Below are positions 48,476-59,627 of a stretch of DNA of 64,000 nucleotides, in pieces. The position numbers and the translations under genes are program-made. Origin of the DNA: Paraspadella gotoi (Eukaryota; Animalia; Chaetognatha); assembly GCA_051294375.1 (NCBI GenBank), contig CM119265.1, positions 4,223,025-4,287,024 of the forward strand, read 5' to 3'. Numbering within the stretch: the stretch's first letter is position 1; each line of letters starts with the position of its first letter. The notes under the pieces are model-generated. The model did not search any database, had not been told where the DNA came from, and was given only the letters and a program-made list of their open reading frames with translations.

Positions 48476-49747
48476 TTAACTTTTGCGTTTACGCGTTGAC
48501 TCTTTCGCCCACGACGGATAATTATCACGTCGTGGCGGTTCCTGCGGTGGTGGAGGTGGCGGTGGTGACGGAGGCGGCAACGGAGGCGGCGTCGGCGATG
48601 GCATCGGTTGCAGTCTCGGCAAGCGCTGTTTCTTGAAAGGTGGAGCTTTCGGTCTGGGCGGCGATTTCACCAAATTTTCTTTTCCTGGTGGTGGGCGAAA
48701 CTTCGAAAGTCCGTGATTTCCAGACGAAGAGCGTGTTCCATCTGTGGAAGGTGACCTTGGATGTGGGCACGATAATCGATCAACTTTGTCTTGGAGTTTA
48801 CTAAAAGCTTGCGCCCAATGACGTTCCGTGGTGGCACGTCGCTGCTCTGCCTCTTTTCGTTCCAGATCTAGCTTTAATTCTGCCGCTATCCTCCCTTTTC
48901 TCTCCTTCTTCAATTCTTCCTCCAATTTTTCTATCCTCCTCTTCATCTCCCCCTTCTCCACCCTCGCCTCTAATAGTTCTCTCTCCTTCCTCTTCAACAT
49001 CACGTTCTTGTCGGTGACGACGCGTTCAGCTAACGGCGTTGGAGTCGTCGAAATGGCGGTGGGATTTGCCATCACCTCCGTCGCCTTTTTGGAAACTGGC
49101 GTCGGCGGTGTCGTTTTCGGCTCGTCGATGATGACGATTGTGGACGACTTTTCTTTCGTCGCTTCATGCGCAGGTGTCGTTTTTGTCTTCACTACCGATG
49201 CCATCTCCTTCAGCACCTTTTCATCGGTCCCTTTACGTATGGCAGTGATCAACGCGTCAAAGTCCTCGTCAGTCCATCCGCGACTCCTTGCCACTTTTCG
49301 CCACGCCCTTCTGATCCTGTATATCATATTCTTCTTACCCGGGGGAATTTGGAATCCAAGCATGAAAAGTCTTTCATCTCCCGATCCGACGATTATTGGG
49401 ATTGTCGAATCCGTCATTGCACGACGATGTGGAGGAAGTTCTCCCCGTTTGAGAAAGCGTTCGACTGGATCTTCCGTTTCGGCACAGGATTCTTGGATTT
49501 GTTGCGGCGCCACTTCCGCTTCCGCTTCCGTTTCCGTCGCGTCAGTAAATGACGCTGGCTCCGCTGATGTACTGACTTCTATTGTGGTTGCAGAACTTGT
49601 CGTCAAATCGATGTCCAAGATCTCCGTCTCGAACAAGTCAGCTGCTGCGTCCACTGCTCCGTATACCGTATCTCTTTCTTGAAGCGACGGCGTCCACCAC
49701 ATGAGTCCTTCAAGGACTCCCGCATCGCTTTCGTCAAACAAGTTCAT
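48476..49747 (-). CDS. BEL accessory ORF6, ~423 aa, unknown; coiled coil with Pro-rich basic tail
   Basis: Uninterrupted ORF from ATG 49747 (MNLFDES). Heptad-like K/E-rich segment, PPPLPPPSPPPPPPP and basic ends (KKQR, RKRK). No signal peptide or TM segment is evident. Confidence 0.75.
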   Translation of the reverse strand: MNLFDESDAGVLEGLMWWTPSLQERDTVYGAVDAAADLFETEILDIDLTTSSATTIEVSTSAEPASFTDATETEAEAEVAPQQIQESCAETEDPVERFLKRGELPPHRRAMTDSTIPIIVGSGDERLFMLGFQIPPGKKNMIYRIRRAWRKVARSRGWTDEDFDALITAIRKGTDEKVLKEMASVVKTKTTPAHEATKEKSSTIVIIDEPKTTPPTPVSKKATEVMANPTAISTTPTPLAERVVTDKNVMLKRKERELLEARVEKGEMKRRIEKLEEELKKERKGRIAAELKLDLERKEAEQRRATTERHWAQAFSKLQDKVDRLSCPHPRSPSTDGTRSSSGNHGLSKFRPPPGKENLVKSPPRPKAPPFKKQRLPRLQPMPSPTPPPLPPPSPPPPPPPQEPPRRDNYPSWAKESTRKRKS

Positions 49748-49909
49748 TTTTATAATTGTTTTTCTCGACTCAAGCACAATATAATGTTTTCACCTAATTA
49801 ATAAAAATTCATGTGAATTAATACGAAATCATTAAATAACGTGTATTTTGAATTTAATTTTCAATTGTATCACTCCAAGAAATAATGTCTAATTTTTTGA
49901 TCATTGAGT

Positions 49910-50254
49910 TTATTCGTCTTGGAATAAGATTCTCAAACTTTCGAGAGTTTCCTTTTCTTCCTTTTGTTCTTTTCTTTCTCGAGCTTCCTCTTCCAGTTGT
50001 CTGAATATGTTTTCCCAATTATAATGTTGTAATCTTTGGATTCTTGCTTCGATTGCTGGATTACGTTCGTCTTCGTCGACATAAAAACTGAAACTCTCAC
50101 CGTTTCCGTCTGTTTCTGAATCTGTCCTTTGTATGACTATGGTCGGTCTTTCGATCTCATATGTTCTTTCGACTATGGTGTCCTCGGTGTCTTCAATTTC
50201 TTTTTCGTCTTCGTCGTTGGAATTCTTTTTCTCTGGATCTTGTTGGACGCCCAT
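49910..50254 (-). CDS. BEL accessory ORF5, ~114 aa acidic protein, unknown
   Basis: Runs from ATG 50254 (MGVQQD) to a TAA within AATAAA. Purine-rich coding bias flanked by AT-rich spacers. Confidence 0.65.
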   Translation of the reverse strand: MGVQQDPEKKNSNDEDEKEIEDTEDTIVERTYEIERPTIVIQRTDSETDGNGESFSFYVDEDERNPAIEARIQRLQHYNWENIFRQLEEEARERKEQKEEKETLESLRILFQDE

Positions 50255-50353
50255 GATTGTTGTCAATAAATGAGTTTTTTGTACTTTTTGCTAATTAAAA
50301 CAATTTAACCAATGAACAAAAATTCAATACGAAACCTTCCATCTCTTTTCGAA

Positions 50354-50740
50354 TTATTCCAATATGTTGTAATTGTATTCTATCGTTTCCGTAAACATGA
50401 TGTGATATCCTGGCGGCGTTGGTTCGTGATTCGCCTCTTCCTCTCCTTCGTTCCTCGGATCGTTGTTTTCCTCGTTGGCGGCTTCGTCCTCGATTTCTTC
50501 TTCTTCATCTTCGTTTTCGTTTTCGACTTCTTCCTCTCCTTCGTCACTTTCTCTGGAAGCCGTCAAAAATTCTTGAATTTGTTCTATGAACATCTCTCCC
50601 ACTTCTTGCATTCTATCGACGAAATGTTCTGCCGTTAAAATGTCTCCCGGATTTGCCCTTCTTTCTCCTGCATCCACGGACCCCGGTCTTGCTCTGATGA
50701 TTCTTTGTATTCTCGTGATTTCGATTGTCTCTTCCGACAT
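50354..50740 (-). CDS. BEL accessory ORF4, 128 aa, highly acidic, unknown
   Basis: AAAATG start preceded by the acceptor TTGTTTTCAG. Poly-E/D tract. Confidence 0.65.
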   Translation of the reverse strand: MSEETIEITRIQRIIRARPGSVDAGERRANPGDILTAEHFVDRMQEVGEMFIEQIQEFLTASRESDEGEEEVENENEDEEEEIEDEAANEENNDPRNEGEEEANHEPTPPGYHIMFTETIEYNYNILE

Positions 50741-50925
50741 TTTAGACTGTGACTGAAAACAAATTAAAGCATTAATACGTTAAAGTTTTGATCGTAAATT
50801 TTGGATGACTTTTGTTTTTTCTACAATGTTTCTCGTTAATCCGCATTTCTTTGAAATGCTCCTCCTCCTTTTTGCCGTTTAAATTTTGAATTTTCTTATT
50901 TTTCTTTTTTCAGTTTAAATCGAAT

Positions 50926-51264
50926 TTAATACATTTCAATGTCTTTATTCCGGTCTTTGGTCTCCTTCGAGAAGATTTTTTCGTCGTCTTCGATGACTTT
51001 GCTCCATCTTTTCAGGTAATCGACTCTCCACTTTGTTTCGTCATATTCTTTGTAAAGAGGCACACCTAATGCTATATAATCAAAGTATATCCCGTCTAAC
51101 CATTTCTCGTTCCATTCCAGTTTCATCAAGGTGTGTTCGAGATTGTCCGGGATGTCCAGCTTGGCTCGATCTCGCATCTGTTCTCGAAGCGTCTTGGCTT
51201 TTAATGGATTCGTCATCTCGGTCTCGGTGAGTTTAAGTTTATTTTCCATTTGCTCATGAGCCAT
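50926..51264 (-). CDS. BEL accessory ORF3, 112 aa, unknown
   Basis: ATG to TAA (within ATTAAA). Aromatic-rich core WNEKWLDGIYFDYIALG suggests a folded domain. Confidence 0.65.
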   Translation of the reverse strand: MAHEQMENKLKLTETEMTNPLKAKTLREQMRDRAKLDIPDNLEHTLMKLEWNEKWLDGIYFDYIALGVPLYKEYDETKWRVDYLKRWSKVIEDDEKIFSKETKDRNKDIEMY

Positions 51265-51351
51265 ATTACTTGGTATTGCTAAACTAAATTAACAAACACT
51301 TCATAAATTGATAATTATTGAAATGAAATTATTTGGAAATAGATTTTTCAT

Positions 51352-51732
51352 TTAATTTTTCTTTCCTTTCTGGTATTCTCCAATCTTTTTTATCGTCTTG
51401 GTGGTTTCGATGATTCTTACTTTGTTACGTTCTTCGATCATCTCGTAATACCTTTTTCTTTCGGGAAACGATTGCTTCGCCCTTTCAAACATGATTTTGA
51501 GTCGTTCCATGTTTTCGACCTTTTTGCTTAGGTCATTGATTGCTTTGTCTGGACATTCTTTGGCCTCTATTTCTGCTTTTGCTTTTTCTTCTTCAATCTT
51601 TGTCTCCTTCTCCAGCAACACCAGATCCAACACTTTGTACTCTCTGCCTTCTCCTGGTTCCTCTTTTTCAATTTGTTCCCATTTTTTTTCGATATCGTCC
51701 CACTTTTTAGCGATGACTTTAAATTTTTCCAT
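51352..51732 (-). CDS. BEL accessory ORF2, ~126 aa, K/E-rich helical protein, unknown
   Basis: Runs from ATG 51732 (MEKFK) to a TAA within ATTAAA. Confidence 0.65.
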   Translation of the reverse strand: MEKFKVIAKKWDDIEKKWEQIEKEEPGEGREYKVLDLVLLEKETKIEEEKAKAEIEAKECPDKAINDLSKKVENMERLKIMFERAKQSFPERKRYYEMIEERNKVRIIETTKTIKKIGEYQKGKKN

Positions 51733-51824
51733 TTCTCTAATGTCTAATGAATTAAACAAACAATTAACAATAAGTTCGAATTCAAAAAGAAAAAAAACAA
51801 CTAATGTTTGTAACTTCGGCTTTT

Positions 51825-52235
51825 TTATTCTTCCTTTTCGAATGCTGATTCTTTTTTCTTTTCGCTTTTTTCGTCATCGTCCGAACTTTGTCCATTCTCG
51901 ACGATAACGTCATATTTGCTGTCGTCGTCCACCATTTTCTTGAAATTGGTTTCTTCTTCTGGTACTTTAAAGCACTCCTCGTATATCTGGTTGAGATCTT
52001 CTTTTTTCTCAATTACACTCGGCTGTAAGTAGATCGTCTTGTATTCCTTTATTATTTTCTTCATATCCTCTCGTCTTCGATTTGTCGCTTTCAGAATCAA
52101 ACTCATTTCTTGTTCTGGCTCGTATTCCCAAGATTTTACGTTCTCAATCTCTTCTTTTAAATCTTCCATCCAAATGTTTAGGGATTTATCGAAATTTTCG
52201 TGGAATCGGTATTTCACTTTGTCGCGGAGGTCCAT
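51825..52235 (-). CDS. BEL accessory ORF1, 136 aa, K/E-rich, unknown
   Basis: ATG lies 160 nt after the pol stop. TAA within AATAAA is followed by a T-rich tract. Confidence 0.65.
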   Translation of the reverse strand: MDLRDKVKYRFHENFDKSLNIWMEDLKEEIENVKSWEYEPEQEMSLILKATNRRREDMKKIIKEYKTIYLQPSVIEKKEDLNQIYEECFKVPEEETNFKKMVDDDSKYDVIVENGQSSDDDEKSEKKKESAFEKEE

Positions 52236-52394
52236 CTTTCCTTTATTTAGCGTAATTCTAAATTTTATTAATTTACTGAGTTTTCGTCACACTTTGAATT
52301 CTTATTCGCTTAAAATTTTTTATTGTACAGTTTTTTCTATTTATAACGTTGTACTTATTTTTTAGTTTCTACGGCGCGACTTCAATGTGAGTTC

Positions 52395-55300
52395 CTATTC
52401 GAGTTCGAGCGCCACCAACGCGTTGTGATGACGTCGAAAAGTTTTTCCATCCGGGAGTCGTACGACGGCTTCTCTCTTCCGCGGCCCGTCTCCTTTTACT
52501 TCGATGACTCGTGCCGTTCTCCATTTGTCGCGCGGCGCGTTCGGTTCCACGAGCAAGACCATTTGCCCTTCTTGCAGATTCTCCGACGATGTCCTCCACT
52601 TCGTGCGTTCCTGCAATTGGACCAGGTACTCCGTTAACCATTTTTGCCAAAATTTATCTGCCGTCTCTCTCACTTGTCTCCATGTCGCTCTCATACAATC
52701 TCCTTCTGACGTTGCGTACGGTAAAATAGTTAGAGACGTTGACGTATATAAGTATGGATACAATAGGTTCATGGGCGACAATGCAATATCGCTAAGCGGC
52801 ATCAGATGACTCATGTGTGATCGGGCGTCTATTCAGAATACCTGCGACTTCATCAATATCGTTGCGAACGTGTCGATGTCCGGTTCGGAGGCAACGCGCG
52901 CCGTCAAGTGCTTCTTGGTTTCTTTGACGAGCCTTTCCCACACTCCGCCCCAATGCGGTGCGGTTAGGTGGACCGAAAATCCATGAAATCCCTTTTTCGG
53001 CTATTCTTTCGTTCACCTTTTCGTCCTCTTGAATTCTTTTCAATTGTTTTTCGATCTCGTTGTTGGCGCCCGCCAGATTTGTTCCGTTGTCCGACACGAG
53101 CGTACGTAATCCTGGGTATACATTCTTAAAACGTATTAGTGCATTTAACATTGATTGTGCGGACATGTCTTTCAGAATTTCAAAAGTAATGGCTCTTGTC
53201 GTCATGCATGTAAATAAAACTACATTTTTCTGTTCAGGCCTCTCCCTGCGTGTCTCACCTGGATTGGGCCGAAGCAATCTAGTCCGGTCGTCTCGAACGG
53301 GATCGCTTGATTTACCCTGAATTCTGGCAATTCTCCCATCTTTTGCGGCGTTGGCGTTTTGAAATTTCGCTGACAAGTGACGCATCGGCGAATGACTTTT
53401 CGACGGCGGATCTACCTCCTAGCAAGGTGAACTTTTGACGTAGCGTATGGAAAGTCGCACATGCACCTGCGTGATAAAGTTTCTCATGTTCGTATCTTAT
53501 ATGCAATCGACGTATTCGTCATCTTTTGGTAAAATGATTGGGTATTTTGCGTCATACGTCAAGCTCTTACTATTTCCTAATCTCCGCCCGTTCTCATCAT
53601 CCCTTCTTCATCAATAAACGGACTCAGTGAAATTATTTTCGAGTTTCTATTTCTCACTCTCTATGTGCATCGGGCGTCGTCACTCCCATTTTTATCAACT
53701 CGAAAATCTCTTTTTCGAATTTCTTTCTTTGGATCGATTTCACGATTTTTTTCTCAGCCCTTTCAAACTCTTGTCTCGTTAATCTTATTTTTTCTTTCTC
53801 CGTCTCTTCTCCTTTTTTCTTCTTTCTTTCGAACTCGATTATCTTTCACTATTGCCTTTGTGAAATACGCCACCCGTCTCACCTTTTTTACCCATTCGCT
53901 CACCTTTTCTGTCACTCTCATCACCCAATCTGCGTTCTCTTTTTCGTTCCCTTTCTCTGGATACTCTCTTGTTGCTGCGAAAATGAGTTCATATGCACTA
54001 AATTCGCTATCTTCGTTCACGGCGCAATGTTACCTGTATTTCTTTTTTCTTTTTTATGCTTCCAGATCGTTGGTGATGGGCCAATTTTCCCTCCTTTGGT
54101 TCAACCAGTTGGGCCCGTTGTGGAATGTCGCCCATGCTTCCGTGGTTGGCACAATTCCTCTGCTTGTAAGATCCGCTGGGTTCTCGTTGCTTGGTACGTA
54201 AAACCATTCGCTTGGCCTGGATAAAAGTCTAATCGTTTTTAAACGAAAATTCTCATACGTTTTGAATCTTTTTGTCCAGTCTCGGATCCATCTGATTACC
54301 GTCACCGAATCCGTCAACATGTAAATCTCATCGAATTCCTCACCTGATTCTCGGATCATCAAGTCTCTTAACTGCGCAGCCAGTCGTGCGGCGTTCAATT
54401 CCAAACGTGGCATCGAATCCAGGTGGTCAGTTGATTCGATAGAATGATTTTTTCTTGCATCTTGATAGGCAACACATGAGCTTTAGCGAATAGCAAAGTT
54501 GTATGTCCTCTCTCTCCATTCTTGTTCTCCTTTTTTAAATAAATTGCGGCGCCGTAACCATCGAGACACGCATCACAGAAAACGATTAACTTCGTCGTTA
54601 CGCACTCCAAACCAGGATCGACGTCCATCTCGAGATTCGCAATCTTTTTTTATGTGAACAAGCTTCTTTCTCCATTCTTCGAACGCCTCGTGGAGATCCT
54701 CCGGCAACTTCTCGTCCCAATCAAGTCCTGCACTAACGACTTTTTGTAAAATTATTCTTCCCTTCAGCACGACCGGCGCAACGAACCCGAGCGGATCAAA
54801 AACGGACGCGACCAACTTCAACATCTCTCGCCTTGTTTTCACTTCGTTTTCTGCCTTTTTCGTTACACGCGCAAAAAATACATCTCGTTTCGAATTATAT
54901 CCAACTCCCAGTACCTTCGAATCGTATTCGTCGATCGACGGATCCTCCGGCAGCGCGTTTTCGGCCATCTTCCCGAGATCATCTTCCAGTTCTTCGTCCG
55001 CGACTGTTTCGATCACTTTGTCCTCACCATCGTCGTCAGCGTTGTCCGACAAAATTCTCTCGTCCGACGCTTGCCATTTCTCCAATTCGAAACCTCCCTT
55101 TCTCATCGCCTCTGTCATATCCTTTCTCATTTTTCTCGCCTCCTTGATTCCGTCTAATGAATCCAAGAAATCGTCGACGTACACTTTTAAGAAAAACGCG
55201 GCTATCACTTCCGGCGAAAATTCTTTGTTTTGACTCAGTCTCTTACCATGATATTGCAGCACGAAAGTTGTTATACCTGGGCTTCCGGCGCCACCGAACA

Positions 55301-56026
55301 CGTGGACGAGCGGCTCGTGCACCTCCAACTCCTTCATCGACTTATCCTTGTACCAATGGTACCTGAAAGCGGCCACGTCTTTTGGATGGAGCTCAACTTG
55401 GTGAAAAAATCCTTTAATATCTCCGGAAATAGTATACCTTTTTCGGCGAAATTTTAACAACATGCCTACTAAAGGTGTTAGGTTATCGGGACCAGCGATC
55501 AAAAAATCATTTAAACACTTTCCTCTTACTTTCGACGACGCATCCTGGCAAATCCGAAATTTGCCGGGCTTGTCCGCTCTGGTGACGACAAGTAACGGCG
55601 CGAAAAACACAGGCAAATCGGCGGACGGATTCTCGACTTTAGCTTTTCTCGCATGACCTAATTTTATGGTTTCTTCCATCGTCTGGAACACCCCTTCAAG
55701 CACCACCGGATCTTTTCTCATCTTATTCGCTAGCTTCCTCGCTCGGTTCTCCGCGCTCTTTGTAACTTCTTCTTTCATCTTAGCGAACATCTCCGCGGTT
55801 TTCTCCCTTCCGTGTTTCCAAGGCGACGGCGCAACATAATGTCCCGTCGACTCATTGAAGTAAATTTCTCTCTCAAGCTGTTCAATCGCGAACCCATCTT
55901 GCACGGATGGATGTTGGACCTCGGACGGATACAGTTCGGACCCTTTCAACAAGAAATCATGACGAAACATATTCGCGATCAAATACTCCAGTTTCTCGTT
56001 CTCTGGCAACGTCGAACAACAACTCA
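52395..56026 (-). CDS. pol: BEL/Pao pol (RT, Pao RNase H, integrase, C-terminal DUF5641-like region) with multiple frameshifts
   Basis: RT: GKFRICQDAS, GDIKGFFHQV, FGGAGSP, YVDD. Pao RNase H: VFDPLG, FCDAC..YGAAIY, PRLELNAA, TDS, NPADLTSRG. Integrase: HEKLYHAG, LFTCMTTRAI, SDNGTN, ILNRRP, FWQKWLTEYL. Split over about 7 ORFs by short indels. Confidence 0.93.
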
Positions 56027-56126
56027 NNNNNNNNNNNNNNNNNNNNNNNNNNNNNNNNNNNNNNNNNNNNNNNNNNNNNNNNNNNNNNNNNNNNNNNNNN
56101 NNNNNNNNNNNNNNNNNNNNNNNNNN

Positions 56127-56483
56127 TAAGTGGGTTAAAAATTAAAAAAACTATATTTAATATTTAAAAAATTAATTTTCAGTTTAAAATATAGCTTTTT
56201 TTAATTTTTGACCTACTTAATGAATAAATTTTTCAAAAAGAGTTATATTTCTTTTCATCAACTTTTTATGAAAAATCCAAATCTGCCAAAAAATCTTAGA
56301 AAAAATGTTTTGAAATTTTAACATTTATTTGTTTAGTACTAGTACAAATATGGCCTACTGCGTAAATTGTAAAATTTATTATAAATTTTGTTATGCATAA
56401 ATGTTTATAAGTATAATGTTGTTCGTTCCTCACTTTTAGAATTTTAATTAAAGTTAAACTTAGGAATTTTACGACGCCTTAAT
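56127..56483. mobile_element. Partial copy of the 8735-9360 palindromic element
   Basis: Reverse complement of ~8740-9100. Confidence 0.8.
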
Positions 56484-57558
56484 AATCAATTAGTGAAACA
56501 GGTTCTTTGTTTTTTCCATTTAAACTCATTTCCATTCAAACGATTCCATCGAAACTTGATTTCCAGGTTAATCAAATACTTTTCTACCCAAATAAAAAAT
56601 GTCAAGTTAATCACCCCTTCCACTCATGAGTAATTGGTGTTTAAAAGTGAAATTTTTTTTATCGTCGCAATCGCTAAGCGTTTGCGACGATATTGTAACG
56701 CTTTTGCGCATAAGTGTCGTCCTCGTTGTCGTCGTTGTCGTCGGCGTTCCAAATTATAGATTGCCTTTTTTATGATTAATTTTGGGTGTATGAAGCTGAA
56801 AATTTATATACAGCTTCTCATCATTGATGTGCTTAAAATTGATTTTTTTCTCTCTCTCTCTCTCTCTCTCTCTGATTATTTTTTTCCTTCTAAAAATTTT
56901 TATTATCGCCATGTATTCCCAAATTTACATCCGGGATTTTCGTGGTTTTTTTTTCTAAATATTTTAAATATCAATCAGAATAATTTTTTTGGCATTCCTG
57001 GAGATCAATGCCCTCTGGAGGCCTATGGGAAAACGAAGAGCAAGGTTTTTCTTAAAGAATTAACGGAAAAAAGAAAAGGAACGAAATGGAATGGAAGAGG
57101 ATAACGTTTCGGGAAAAAAAATAAAGGAATTCAGATATCATAATTTTTTTTAAATATTTTTTATTTTTGTTATATGAAAATGGTACAACCAATATTTATT
57201 TGGGTAAAAATTAAGGTTACAATAAATTATGATTAAGAATAAATTAAGAATAAGTGTAAGTTAACTATAAAATAATTTATGGTTAAAAATAAGTTAGGGG
57301 TAAGTTAGGGGTAAATCGACGAGCATTTCGTTATTCTGCTCGAAAGACAAGTCTCTCGCGCCTAAGAGGATAAAATAAATATTTATCAATATTACAAATA
57401 TTATTAATTAGCTTTATTCATGTTTTATTTACAAAAATATTCAATCATATCGCTGTAAGTAAATGTACTACAAACGATTGTAATAAATTTTTGTTACAAA
57501 TAACCAATGTTAACCATCATAGACAATTGTCAAATTTAAATCTGATTTTTTGCTAAAC

Positions 57559-58792
57559 CTTTAAGCATCAGCGGTAAGTGAAGCCCGGAGACTTTGCTTA
57601 TGTTCCTCAAAAGAGGTAAGGAATGTAGAAGAGTATGGCTTGAAGGCAAAGCACCATGGAACCCATTGATAGTAAGAGACGAACATCATCGTGCCCTTAG
57701 TGTCTCCATTGCGAGAACCTGAATTGGCAAATTGTTTATTTGCGCTTATAACATTGAGAGTTATTTATGGAACACAGCTACACCATCGAGTCCGGAACCT
57801 CACCTATCATGGCTCCGTTATCCCCGGTCCTGCTGGTAGTGCCAAAATGGATTGTAAGGGTTTTCGGCATCGGGAAGGACTTGGTAAGTTGACGCCGCCC
57901 AACAGTAGACTTGGCGTAGTCGCTCGGCGCGCCTGAAGGAGAAAAAAGGGTGAGGGTAAGGTAAGGGTAAGGTCAATCGAACTGTCAAATAGAAAAAAGA
58001 CAAATGGAACGAGGGTTTTTTTTTTTTTTTTTTTTTGACAGGCGCGCGCGGGAAAAGAAACAGGCGGCGGCGAATGACAACTTGACAAATGGAGAAAAAA
58101 CAACATGACAACTACATAAAAATAAAAAAAATACGAGGAAACAAATGGACAAAATAAACAAGCCGAGTTTATTTGTTCCGATGTTCGTTCCGTTGGTCAT
58201 GGTTGACATTTGGCGACGGTAAAACAAGTTCGGAGAGGAGTGGACAATCTGTCGTGACTCAGTGAGGGGGGGTTTCAATCATATGGGGTTTAAGTTTATT
58301 TTCGATATGAATATTTATTTACTTATTATTTTAAAAGACAGAGAGAGAAATCAAAAAGATTGCAGAATTAAGAGGTTATTAATGTAATTAAAAGATTGAG
58401 AGGGAGGGAGAGGACAGAGAGAGAGAGACAGACTGACATTAATACAGACAGACTGAACTTTTTTTTCTCCGCCGCCCTTTATTCCCAACGAAAACAAGGC
58501 AGTGATGCCCAAAGGACGGCGCGAGCGGAAACGAGGCAAAACTCTCCGCCAACACAACAAACAAAACGACACTCTTAGGACTCGCCTTTATCCGCGTTAG
58601 CACTCGATTGATTTTTCCCACGTACTGCTTGGTTCCGATGATGAGGCAACACACCGCCAAGAAGAGCACCGTGAACTTCCTGCGGGATTAAAAAGGGGGG
58701 GGTTGACAGGGGGGAGAGAATGAGGCGGAGGAAAAGCGAGTCAAATGTCAACATAAGTCTCGATAAAGTGGATCGGGTAAAACATGAGACAT
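57559..58792 (-). pseudogene. Innexin (gap-junction protein), 5' exons with frameshifts
   Basis: Pieces: ~58792-58735 (IETYVD), 58679-~58575 (KFTVLFLAVCCLIIGTKQYVG), 57932-57804 (YCWAASTY), 57718-57559 (YYQWVP then LQAILFYIPYLF...SG). YYQWVP is the innexin signature. Could be a pseudogene or assembly error. Downstream exons were not found before the gap. Confidence 0.8.
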
Positions 58793-59627
58793 TGGGACTC
58801 TGCTCTTCCGCTTACTGAGAATGTCCTGTCAAAACAGTGGAGAGGAAAGAGAGAGAGAGAGAAAGAGAGAGAGATGCAGTGTTTCGTAAAAGAGGTGTCT
58901 CTTTTACCACTTTGTCCCTTGACAAAAGCAAATAAACAAATATTTTTTTCAAAACAAAAAGAGAAAAAATGTTCTAATACATATAGTTTCTTTGACTTTG
59001 ATAGATTGTCAGGTATGGCCCAGGGGAAAAAATGATAACTTATAAAATTTTTAAAATTTGAGTAAAATCCAAAAAAAAAAATATCATTGACATTGGTTTG
59101 TAGGCAAATTATAAACCTTTTGATAGAAATAAAAATGATTAATATTCTATTAATTTTAAAAATGAACCTGTGCGCTCTGTCGAAGACATCGTCAATCTTC
59201 GAGTTTTCGTTGAACAATTTCGCTAGATCGGTAGAATTTATAAATGTATTTTGTACATGTTATATATGTATAATTGTTTAATGCTCACTCTCTATTTTTC
59301 AACCAGTATAACGCCTTAGTTTTCGTGGCATTCCTGGAGTTTAATACGCTCCAGAGGTCTATGGGAAAACAAAACGCAAAATTTTTTTAATGAATTAGTT
59401 TAAAAAAAAAACAAAACAGAATAGAGAAGGACAATTTTTGAGAAGAAAAAAAAATTAAGATATCATAAGTTTTAAATATTTGTTATTGTCTTTGTTATAA
59501 TATTAAATTAAAAATTAAGGTTATGAATAAATTAAAATTATGTATAAGTTAAGAAAAAGGGTGAATTAGAGTTAAAAATAAGTTAGGGCTAAGCTAAGGT
59601 TAAGAATGAGTTCAGGGTAAATTAAGT

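Larger units (their letters stand above)
46938..56026 (-). mobile_element. BEL/Pao LTR retrotransposon with a 3' array of six extra ORFs (5' end lost in the N gap)
   Basis: pol order RT-RNaseH-IN with Pao motifs, six downstream ORFs, a PPT-like AAGAAAGGGGGAGAGAAA at ~47966-47983 and a putative 3' LTR at ~46938-47965 ending AACA on the minus strand. Confidence 0.88.

Noticed and set aside
48828-49682. 284-aa plus-strand ORF
   Set aside because: It is the antisense shadow of ORF6, with the S/F-rich composition expected from the complement of K/E codons.
48476-52235. env gene of the BEL element
   Set aside because: No signal peptide, transmembrane anchor or Cys-rich ectodomain is evident in any of the six ORFs.
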